Assembly (NCBI GenBank): GCA_030704615.1
Contig: CM060732.1
Coordinates: 49,042,001 to 49,106,000 of the forward strand
DNA length: 64,000 bases
Reading direction: 5' to 3'
DNA from: Takakia lepidozioides
Taxonomy: Eukaryota > Plantae > Bryophyta
Shown: positions 11,918 to 23,800 of the stretch, piece by piece
Layout of the letters: each line of letters begins with the position of its first letter
Position numbering within the stretch: the first letter of the stretch is position 1
The notes under the pieces: model-generated
The model's input: the letters and a program-made list of their open reading frames with translations, nothing else
Told to the model about the DNA's origin: nothing
The model's database searches: none
Position numbers and translations under genes: made by a program

Positions 11918-14560
11918 CTAGGTTGTAAGTTTTTTTGGCCAAAGAGGATCTGGTTTTTGGTGGTATGTTTTTGGCTGTTTTGGGTAACTATGGATATGAT
12001 GGCCTTGAAGTTTAAGGCGGCAGCCTGGTAGGGTACTGCCCTGCTCCTTGTCAGGCCTACTTCTGATGTGTACTGGATCGTAGTAAGGTGTTCTTTGCAT
12101 GTCTTAGCATGGAACTCTTGAAGGATGAGGATGGTAAGCTGCAATGGAATCCTACATATTGTTTTGGATCTGTCACGACATCAGGCCTATAACCTGCCAT
12201 CTGTTTTTTATAAAAAAGATGATGGATCTCGACTGTTCATGCTGTTTGTTGGTACAATTCTTGAACCTGCAATCTGACTGGCTGCATTTACATTCCCTTG
12301 ATACCTTGTATGATCACATGTCTCGGGGTGAATACAAATGATATGGAATCTACTTCATCTGGCTCAAGTTGGACTGCTTGGTGGGATACTGAGATTCTGA
12401 CAAAATGCAGGCTGGTCCTTATGCCTTGGCTGATGCATGACCTGCCGTAATTAATGGCTGAATTGGTAAGCTGCTGGTATATGTATAGGCTGAACCAAAA
12501 GGCCTTGCAGCATGCACAGGGACATCAATATCTTATCTTGTCCCACACAAGAACAAACCCCGCCCTCCCACCCTGTTTTGTCTTGGATGATGGGGTGGTG
12601 TCTTTTGGGATGATTTGACAAGACTGGAAATGTGAGATAGTGCCCTATCCAGGGCTGTTTATGTCTTTAATTGACAATGACCCTTATGGGTCTTGTCCAT
12701 GTCTTGACATGACGTGAATATCTTCCCTCTCTCTTTTTAACTTTTTCTGCAGAGGGGTCAACTCTGAGGTTAATAAAACCATGCTTTGTCGCATTATTAG
12801 ACCTGCCTTGGAGTACGGATCTGCAATATGGGTTGATAAATCTGACTTAGAGGCTGTAGTGTCCAAAGCCATGTCTGTTGCCATGAGATTGTCTAATGAA
12901 AATGAAGTTAGGCAGAAAACTTCCCTGAACTTGTTTCTAGTCAGTGACATGGGGGAGGACATCTTGGATGACCTCAAGGGTCTACCTACTCTTGGCACTA
13001 GACTGAAATTTAAACTCAGGGCAGGAAGCCTACCTTTGAACAGCAAACAGAAGCAGAGAGGAAAGGGAGAGTGCAATTGCCCGTTGTGTGGGCAATTTGA
13101 AGACAGTACTCATTTTCTGATACACTGTCCGGGGTTCTCTCACCAAAGAGACGCTCTCTTCAAATCTATCAAGGGAAATGTGCCTGTACTTCTGTTTACC
13201 AACTTTGAAAGTCTCAAGGCTGAGCCAAAAGCCCAAGCCCTCCTGAGGCCTAGTTATTGGGCAAATCACACACAACAGTTTGATGCTTGTGTGAAGGGAT
13301 TCTAGAGGATATTTGGAAAACCCAGATTAATTCTATATATGAAGGTAAGTCTTACTACCAACGTCAGCCCCTGACAAAGGTAGATTCTGTCCCTTTTGTT
13401 TCCGCTCAAACTGGGCGCGGGGTCAATGGCCACAAGGCTACGGCAAACAACGTCTTATGAGTACAATCTTTTAACTTTTTCTGCACCCTCTCTCCCTTGT
13501 GGTTTGTTTACTTTTGTGAACAACAAAAAAGAGAGGGAAGATATTCATGTCATGTCAAGACATGGACAAGACCCACTAGGGTCATTGTCAATTAAAGACA
13601 TAAACAACCCAAAACAGGGCACCATCTAATATTTCCATTCTTGTCATAGTTTCCCATGAAATGACATCACCCAATCAGTCATGATAAAACAGGGTGGGAG
13701 GGCGGGGTTTGTTCATGTAGGGGATGCAAGCATCTTGAACACCAGAGATCCGGTCATCTTGGCCAATGAATCATGTGTTCATGTGTGGGACAAGATAAGA
13801 TATTGTTGCCCATGTGCAGGTTGCAAGGCCTCTTGGTTCAGCCTGCACACATACCTTACCAGCAGGTCATGTATTGAAGGAGCATAAAAATGTTGAGGTC
13901 ATGCAAAGGGCAAGGTACCATGCCTGCCCTATTACCATTTCAAGACACGTTTTCACACATACATCTTGGATATGACCCATAGGTTGCATCATCTTACCTT
14001 TTCAGCCATTAATTATGGCAGGTCATGCATCAGCCAAGGCATAAGGACCAGCCTGCAATTTGTCAGAATCACAATATGCCACCAATCAGTCCTACTTGGG
14101 CATGATGAAATAAATTTCATATCATTTGTATTCACCCCGAGACATGTGATCATACAAGGTGTCAAGGGAATGTGAACTCAGCCTGTCAAATGCAGGTTCA
14201 AGACTTGTACATACAAGCAGCTTGAACAGCTGAGATCCAGCCTCTTTTGCATATAAAAAACCAGATTGCAGGTCATAGGCCTGATGTCATGACAAAGCCA
14301 AAACTATAGGTAGGATCCCATTGCAGCTTACCATCCTCATCTTTCAAGAGTTCCATCCTAAAGCATGCAAAGAACACCTCACTGTGATCCAGTACTCAAC
14401 AAAAACAGGCCCGAAAAGGAGCAGGTCTGTGCCTTATAAGGCTGCCGCCATACCCTTCAAGGCCACCATGTCCATAGAGACCCAAAACCGCCAAAAACAT
14501 ACCACCTAAAACCAGATCCTCTTTGGCCAAAAGAACTTACAACCTAGCTCAATAATCCAT
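11918..14560. repeat. Fold-back-like structure: diverged inverted arms (~11918-12740 and ~13530-14560) around a LINE fragment
   Basis: ctaggttgtaagtt..tttggccaaagaggatctgg (11918) is the reverse complement of ccagatcctctttggccaaaagaacttacaacctag (~14512-14547); ORFs 11755-12144(-) and 14321-14509(+) are paralogous. Confidence 0.7.
12770..13400 (+). mobile_element. Non-LTR retrotransposon ORF2 fragment (RT thumb motif joined to C-terminal zinc knuckle)
   Basis: IIRPALEYGSAIW (LINE IRPxLEY...W motif) followed, after an apparent deletion, by CPLCGQFEDSTHFLIHC. Confidence 0.65.
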
Positions 14561-15311
14561 GAATTATCTTCAACTTCATGCACTCTTCATAGAGAGTTTT
14601 GCAAAAGTGACCCTAGAAACACACTTATTTTTTTCCATTTGTTTTTTGTCCCATTTTTTGCATGGATGTAGTGGTGCAAAGCCCGATGTCACAGAACAAA
14701 ATAGAGCTAAAAATAAAATCATTACGCCCCTCAAAACTGCAATCATATAATTTCTAAATGCAAATATTTATTTTAAATTCATTTAAATTCGATTTAATTC
14801 AAAATTGGGGCAAGGGTGAGTGCGTCGTTGGGGAGGCATTTTTTTATTTTTTTATTTTTATTTTTTACCTGCTGGATCTTTGTACATGTGTTGCACACAT
14901 ATTTAAGCACATGTAGAAAAAAATGAAGCTTGAGCCACATCCGTTTGTTGGGTGCAATGGCATGAGAGGATTTTTTTTCACATTAATAAACAAAAATTGG
15001 TTGATAGGGTGAATGCGTCATTGGTGGGGCAAATGATTTTGTTTGGGTTTGAAACTTTGCATGCGTGTACGTTGCGCACATACATGTAATTATTGAATGA
15101 CATATTTGATGCACACACACATTGAAGGTTGTTGTTTGCATTTCGCTTATAATGAAGTGTATGGTTGCAAAGACACATTATAATATATGTCCCTATGTTC
15201 ATTTGTTCGTATTAGGACTTTGTCCATCCCTTCCCGGTCTTTTCTCTTGACACCCCATCCGAAAACAACCCAAGTACATCAGGCGGGAGCCGTGGGCGAG
15301 ACGCCACCCCC

Positions 15312-18300
15312 ATGGTACCGGACGATGATGACAATGACAGTGATAGTGACAGTGACAACAACAATGAGCATGGAATTAACCAGGAGGATGTGCAAGCCAT
15401 GGAGGATCTCTTAATGCATCATGTGGGCGCTGATGCATCCCATGAAGAGGGAACCTGGCCAATCGATGATCCTGAAATGGCCCCCTCAAATGATATGGAG
15501 AGGGAGGCGAGAACTCCCTTGTACGAAGGTGCGAAAGTGAGTCGACTTTCAACAATCTTACTTTTGCTCAATCTTCAAATTCGATTTGGCATAAGTAATG
15601 TTGGGATGTCTGCCATAATACGAACTACTGCAGACTATATCCTTGCTCCACACTTGAAACCCAAGATGCCACGGTCGCGGAAAGAGGCGCGCGAAGTCTT
15701 GGATTCTGTGGGGATGGGCTATAAGTTTTTTCATGCATGTCCATGTGATAAAACCCTATACTACGGAGAGGATTCGCATCTCACCAAGTGCCCAAAGTGC
15801 AAGAAAGACCGATATCGGGATGATGTCCAAGGGAAAAAAGTACCACGCAAGGTATAAGCGTCATTTCCCCTCGCATGGAGATTATTTTCTTTAATCTTCT
15901 CAATGTATGTAAAGTGTATTCCACAAAGTTTAGGGTTTAGAGAGTAGTACTCATGCAAGATCTGATTGTGGTTTTGGAAGGAGTGAGTGAGGAATGGAAG
16001 GAGCGACGTTTGGTTTTGACCATTCACACCCAAATGAGGGAGAGGCTGCATAAAGGGAAAGACATAAGGGTGTTGTATTATGTGTGCTAATGGGATGATT
16101 ACATGTGGGGGGCGTGGGGTATTTCATCCTAGAAAATGCATTACTTTCCGATCATCCCGCGATTGAGGGCACAATACCAAAGCCCCGAATTGGCCAGACT
16201 CATGAGATGACACGCGTCGCATCAGAGCCCCCCGGGAAAGGTGTGCGGGCCACAAGATTCACAAGCATGGAGGCATATTGAAGAGATGTGGCCTTTTCTC
16301 TTGGAGGACCCACAACATGTCCACCTCGGCTTCTCCTCAGATGGGGTCAACCCATTCTCTGTCCAGTCATGTAGTCATTCCACTTGGCCGGTGACCATGG
16401 TGAATTACAACATCCCTCCGTATCTTTCAATTAAAAAAGGCCATATCATGTTGGCTGCCATTGTGCCAGGTGAGTGTACTCATTTCATGTTTATTATTGC
16501 CTTCGACTTTACATTAAACTTCTGATCTCTGACGCAATTCGGATGCAAGATTGATGAGTGACATAATCATGAAGTAAGACGTGTAATTCATTTTGTAGTA
16601 TAATCTGCATATTGGTGGAACATTGAAACAATGATGTGAATGTCTCATAGGGAAAAAACAAGTGGCAAACATGGACACGTACTTGCGACCTCTTGTTGAT
16701 GAACTTAAAGAGCTATGGAGGTGGGTCCCGGCATTAGATGCTTCACTTGACCCTATGGCCGGACAATCTTTTCAGATGAGAGGCATCTTGCTTTGGACAA
16801 TCCATGATTATCCAGGTATATTATGTTCCCCATGAACAACCCGCGTACATTCACTTGTCAATGCCGGATAATATCGATGAGGATTCGGATTGATTGAAGT
16901 AGCGGCGATAGTTTTGTGCACCGTAGTGGGGTAGATGGCATTATGGACCATGCACATGACAACTTTTTGTTTTTGCTAATGTGGCGGGATGTGTAGTACA
17001 TGACTAATTGTTTGCTCGGGGCTAAGTACCAAAGGGTACCATGCATGCTTGCATTGTGGCGATGATCTTGATGCACATAGCTCTCGCCATCTTCACAAGA
17101 TGGTGTATCCCAACTACCGTAAATTTCTTCATATGAGCCATCGATGGAGAAGAAGAGAGAAACACTTGTTTGATGGCAAAGAGGAAGTACGTCCCCCCCC
17201 CTCCCCCCCCCCATGACACCGTCTGGGCAGTTTTGGGAGGACTGATGGAAGGAGGCCCATGCGGGCATGGATGGTGAAGTGGACGTGCCTGGCATGAAAC
17301 GATTTTCAATCTTCTACGAGTTGCCATATTGGGCGGTACATATTTCACAAAAACACCGTCAATATCCCTATGCATGCATGTTATATTGCACATTTGGTAT
17401 GCGTTGCATTGTCACTTTCACGTAAAAAAATTTATGTAAGTCTTTGTGGGTGGGAATATATGTAGGACCTGAAGATTTGCCATCTTCTAGATCCCATACA
17501 TATTGAGAAGAATGTCTGCTCGTCCATTTTTCGGGTTCTTCATGGCACGCCGGAAAAGAAGGGAGTGGCTGCAAAAAGAGATTCTCTCGGTGTTAGAAAT
17601 GAGCTTGAGGAGCAGGGTCGCATGCGCCATCTATGGGCCGAACAAAATGGTGTGGACCCAAAGGGTGTTGTACGGTGGAAGTATAGGTGCGCACCTTGGC
17701 AATGGACAAAGGAGGAATACAAGAAAGTGATAGCCACCATAAGTGCTGTCCGAACACCAACTGGTTATGGAAAATACCTCCGTACGAAGTTCAGCGAAGA
17801 AGACGGGGTCCATGGTTTGAAGTCTCATGACTACCACAATCTATTGCAAGACATCTTGCCCATTGCAGTATGTGGGACATTGACTCCCGAGGTTCGTGGG
17901 ACAATCTATAGATTGGGAGGCTTGTTCCGGTGGATTTGCTCCAAAAAGTTGGAAGAAGCAGATTTTCCACACATGAAGAAGGAGGCGGCGGAGGTAATGT
18001 GTATGTTGGAGATGCACCTTCCTCCCTCCTTCTTTGACATCCAAGTGCACTTGGTAGTGCACTTAGTGGAAGAGGCTTCGATTGCCGGCCCCGTTCATTC
18101 TCGGGTGATGTACTTCCTTGAGCGTTATATGAAGACTTTGAAAGGATTTGTAAGACAAATGGCGCACCCGGAGGGTAGCATGGCGGAGGGGTATACGTTG
18201 CAAGAAGCTATGTTCTATTGCACGGAATACATGGCAAGGGTGGATGAGGAAGCCCCTCGGATGTGGAAGGAAGATGAGGATGCACGAACCAATGACATCG

Positions 18301-19440
18301 TTTTGCCCAAAAAATCGAAGAGGGTAAAATTGCCGACCTTGGTGATTGAGCAAGCGCATGACTTCATACTGAAGAACACCCCATCCATACATGAGTGGGA
18401 GGCAAGATACAATAATCTTGTTCAGCAACGAGAGGAGGGAGACGCTTGCATGGAGGCGGAACCATCCAAGGCCGGTTACTAGACGCCCACGACGAGGAGC
18501 GGGCCGCCGGAATGTTCCTTCACAAAATTTGCCCATGGAATTGCAGCCTCTAAGTTCATTCCAACATTGGCTTCGGACTTCAATTTATGACGCCATTGCT
18601 CAAGGAGAGGTGGTTTCAGATTTGGTGCAAGACATTGCAAGGGGCCCCTCTCAATTCGCGACCTCATACATGGCGGTTTGGGTTCACGGTTGTCATTTCC
18701 GCATTCGTGCTCTTGACATGAAGCGCAAAACAACCTTTGATTCTGGCTTGTGTGCCACATATTGGCAAGACTCCGTGTGGGGCAAGGGAGATATACGACC
18801 TGCTATGAGCAAACCTGAGTATATTGGAGAGCTTGAGAGCATACTCCAACTTTAGTATACAAGGTACCGACCTCTTCTCTTCAAGGGAAGGTGGTTCCAG
18901 CCACATCTTGTGGGGCCCTCCGCAACACTAGTGCAAGATGATTGTGGTTTCATGCGCGTCAATGCAGATAGGCTCAACCCTACTCATCGTCCCTCCGATG
19001 AGCCTTTTTCACGGCCTTCAGACATGGAGCAAGTTTTCTTCTCCGATGACAAAACAAGAGGGGGGAATTGGAAGGTCGTTGTGCATGCTCAGCCAAGAGG
19101 AAGACGTATCTATCATGGTCTCGGATCTCCATGGGGTGAGGCAATTGCGGTGGACGGAGAGACTGGTCATAATGATGCTGATGATGAAGGTTGGGTAGAG
19201 GGGGTAGAAGAGGATGATGACGCCCCGGACAATGCATCCTGGACCCTATATGATGAAGCTCTAGAAGATACGGATGTTGGAGAAGGAGACGAAGACACGA
19301 CCATTGACAACGAGGTGGAGGATGATTCGGAGGTGCCTTTTGAGGGCCGGACCATTTATGACGATGCCTCCGATGACCAAGAAGACTTGCAGCTTGATGA
19401 GGATGAAGAGGCTCCAGATGATCATATTCAAGTTGATTAG
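15312..19440 (+). pseudogene. CACTA (En/Spm) TnpD/Tnp2 transposase (Transposase_21 + DUF4218 + DUF4216-like), spliced, inactivated
   Basis: HACPCDKTLY..CPKC, YFPIIPRL, DSQAW, SSDGVNPF, STWPV..NYNIPP, MDTYLRPLVDELKELW, TIHDYPG, LKSHDYH, PPSFFDIQVHL, MYFLERYMKTLK, EGSMAEGY, DEPF..QVFF; GT-AG introns; in-frame stops at ~16208, 18480 and 18853. Confidence 0.92.
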
Positions 19441-20897
19441 ACACAAAATCAAAGCTACATAACAATGCTCGCACCGAATTGGACCCATCCCTTCGATTGA
19501 TTGTACATGTACATGCATATTGTACTTTATTTCTATGATTCATCAAATATGGCTGTGGCTGGTAGTCTTTCAAGAAAGAAGGCAGAGGCTATGTTGGAGC
19601 AACACATACAGATGTGGTATCAAGAGAATTATCAAAATGAATGTCACAATCTACAAGAAGGTCCACAAGAACAAGCTAAACCATAAAGAAAAACAAACAC
19701 CCTACCCCAGTACCATATGAAAAAAAAAAAAAACTAAGAACCCCCAAAGGCCCTAAACCTAAATCTAGAAAGCCCTGCCGTCGCTGCCTGCGACCCCCAC
19801 AGAGGTAGCCTATACTATATGCGCACACAAATGCATGCATATGGAGGAATGTATGCGTGCATACAAATTTTAGATATGCATATGAACAATTTTATATGCA
19901 CAACACTTAAATAAGGGTACCCAAAAATAAAATAAAAAATGTGATTCATCTAATCTTAGGGTCCATAGTCAAAATATCAAAGGATGGAATAAGAATATTA
20001 TATATAGAATATTCCATATTCATTGTATTATTATTCCACATGGGTGAGTGTAGGAATGGGAGAGGAACATGTTGCTTTTATGGCTTTCCAACATGAGAAA
20101 AAAGGTCGAAAAATTAAAAAGTGACGAGGCACGGCTCCTTGTTAGATACAAATGGTGAAGGTACGGGCTCTTCCAATGGTGGGAGTCTAGTTTGAAGTTC
20201 AGAATGGAGCAATGCTAAGGGAATGCTAGGGAGCTTGACAATGTGATGGAGATGGTCCGCCTGCTCATTTGGGTAGTAAATGGCGATGGCCCGCAAGGGA
20301 ATTCAATTTTACAAAAAAGACGATTGATTGGTAATCGAACCCACAATCTCATAACTTAAAAAACATAATCCTTACCAAACCACCACCCATTTAATCTTGT
20401 TACATAGGTTTTGCAGTATCTATATATCTATCTTCTGAAACATTTTTATTTTACAAAAATATAATGTCCATCAGAGATAGAACCCACAACCTATCGAGTA
20501 TCAAGCCTAGTTCATACCACTACACTACCCATTCAGACTTGAAACACTAATGAAATGAAACACTAATGAGATAAAGATAGTCACCCTGTGTGTACATAAC
20601 ATGCCACAATACTCATAAGGGTTGATCTTACTAATGATGAAATTTGATAGTGCTGAAGTGCATGTCGAACTTGCATTCAGGTAAATGGATCTATGAAATG
20701 CAGTAGAGATCTATGTACAAACTATTACATAGATAAATCAAATGACAGGAAGATAACATGAAATCTGATTTCAACACCATGTCATTTGCCCCATTTGTTT
20801 TACCTTACACTAGAGAGAAATACATGTATCATAAAAAATAACAAAAAATTCGGACTGACAATGAGGACAATGTATTGTATATGTAATTTCTAATTAC

Positions 20898-23800
20898 CTA
20901 CATAACATCATCAGCTGATACTTCATCATCCGTGTCATAAGCCTGTGATTCAGAGGCATACACATCCATGAAAGCCTCAACTCTACGCAACCTATCCACG
21001 GATTGTCCAACAATAGCTGCTCTTCGGTCAAACAACAGATCATTGGAAAGACCTACATCACGTTGTTGATGTATTGAATGCAAAGCTTGGGACTCGGCAT
21101 ACGAAGGTAGATAAAACGATGAAAGAGGACTTTGGGGTAGACTATCGTAGATGGTCCGCACAATCCCATCACTGCATCACACATACATGTATACTTATGT
21201 TAACAAATCAAATGGGAATGGTTTGCTTTGCAAATAATATAGAGATTGCAACAAAGGGAATGGAGGCGAGACATACTCACTAGGAAGTACTGCCGAGATG
21301 AAGACCAAGCTTGCGCGTCACCTTAGGAGCGGGGGGTTCCAACAAACTCACAAGACGTTGAATGGTTGGAGTTACCACAGATGAAACCAAAACGGGTTGA
21401 GTATTTTGAAGTGCAGAGAGACGTGCTGCATACAACGTCTGGTCCCCCTCAAGACCAAATACGTGACGTCCAGACTCGCGGGCAGCAATAAATGTAGAAC
21501 CCGCAGGAAAAAAACATGCAATGATGATATTATATCGGATAACAGTTAATGATCATGAATCAGCTCAGAAGATTTTAATTACAAAATGGAGACCAATGCA
21601 AACCTGTGCCAGCTGTGAGATCCAAAATGCGGGAGCTAGGAGGTGAGCATGTCTCCAACAACACTTGCATGAAGGCGGGACTACGGTCTCGCGCACCCCT
21701 CCAGGCTTGTTGAGGAGTTTGCATGGATAGTGCAACATCTGGAATGTGGTTGTAGATGGCATCCAACTCAACAGGGTCTGCAAGGGGGTCCACAACTTTG
21801 CCAGACTCACGCAGTTTGAATAGTCCTCCTTGCTTGGTGAGGACATGGGCGTGGAAGAACATGGTCTGTTAGACGTGCCATTTCCACAAAAACAGTGCAC
21901 CCGGATGGTTTAATAATATGTATGAGAGTAGGAAGATGAAACATCAAACAATGAGATATTGAAGAGGGATAATTTTTACCTTTCCTGTCTGAGTGTGTAG
22001 AGGGGTGGTATTGATGCAAGTATATTTCCTTGATAATACGGAAATAGAGCTGCCCCTGGAGTAAGAAAAGAGCTCCAATGCAAAGGAATCATCGGAGCCC
22101 TGCAAGAACACCAAGCATCCATTGTCATCCAACAGGTCATTAGCAATGGAGAATGCATACTCCCAATACCGTTTATCAAAAGCATTCCAGGGAGGAACCT
22201 GTACACCATCCAAACAGCCCTGTACAGGCATTCCTGTTGGGCAGTCCACGATGATTATGTCCACAGCCACAGACACGTTTTTCCATCCACAACACTAGAC
22301 CAAGTTCCTGGCAACTGCAAACAACATACAGAAAATGTAGGAGTCAATAGCCGGATGATGAGGATATAAAAACATCGAAAAATTCCTTACATTCAAGTTT
22401 GTTTGTTGGGGGGAAACTCACATTTTTGAAGAACTCCATGAGCTCTTTCAAGGTCGCATCAGGAGATGTACTTGAGGCCTCCACCATATCAATGAAATGA
22501 GTAGGCATGATCTTCATGCGATACATGCTAGGTGCACCACCAAAAATGACACTGCACTGTAAGGATGTTCGCCTGCCTTTGGCTTGTTTCCTCGAGTAGT
22601 AGGTGCAGGCACTACAACCAACTGATTTGAAGGATGTGAAGAACTACCAATAGGACCAGCAATAGAAGCCACACCTGCATTGGGGGCCACACCTGCATTG
22701 ACATCCGCACCTTTTCTTTTTCATGATTTGCGTTTTGGTACACCCACAACGGCAGGGATCACTTGGGCTACAGCGTCAGCGGCCTGTGTAGCAATCTGTT
22801 CTGCATGCTCCAGATCAGGAACAAGGACTTCAGTGGAGATACCCCCTTCATCACTCACTGACTGCCTGCAAACACATTCCTTATGAAGTCCCATTTCTGC
22901 ATAGGGATAGTACCCTTGGGCATATCCAAATACCAACCCCCCCCTTCCCGGTGTTCCACACCCCAATCTTCCTCAATTGTAGGTGTGTACATGGAAGCTT
23001 GTTGAGCACCAAACTTCCAGGCCATCAGAAACTTGGGCTCAGCCTTAAGTCGATCACTCGGTACAAGCACAAATCTCATGTACCTAAAATACAAACACAT
23101 TCAAAGTTATTGTGGAGACAAATATTTATGCAACCTGTTCAACAATTGAACAAGCACATTAAGAAACATGTATATCCCAATGTACTAGAAAAATACTTGA
23201 AGCATAGACATTTTTTACTTACAAGGTGTATACACTATCCATGTACAATGCAATGGAAAGATGGTACCTGAATAAAATCCGTCTCACCACCTTCTCCCCA
23301 CTTGTTTGTTGTTCCCAATCATTGCCTCTGAATGGCCCCTTTGGCAATGAGAACTCTCTATGAAACAACTCATTGAAATGAGTCATCTTCCATGTATCCA
23401 TGTAGTCTCCCAGACATGATATTTCCATGGTCATGCAAGTGAGGGAAGAGAGGAGAAAAAGAGTGTTGGGATGAGGGCATGCTGGGGTTAGGCATTGCTT
23501 TAGCTCACTCTCTCCTTCCTCCAAGGCAACATGAAATTGGCCAAGCTGAGTGGTGTACAAGGCAAACTGAGCCAAGGCAACCTTGCGAAGCTGCCAGAAA
23601 ATACAGTCAGTTAAATAACTATGTTAATGTGTCATTAACAAAATGAATTAATTGCATTGAGAAGATAGTGATTGTATATGTACCTGCCACCAAAAAGTCC
23701 TTCTATTCAGCCAAGGATCAAGTGTTGGCCCTATTGCTCTTTCCTCAATACATTCTTCCATTCAGAGACAGGTGTAAGGCCAATCATATTGACCTTGCAA

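Noticed and set aside
21440-22276. Calling the MTase an orthologue of Marchantia DN4MT1 or bdelloid N4CMT, or assigning 4mC vs 6mA
   Set aside because: No SPPY/DPPY motif and a different architecture; specificity cannot be read from the sequence
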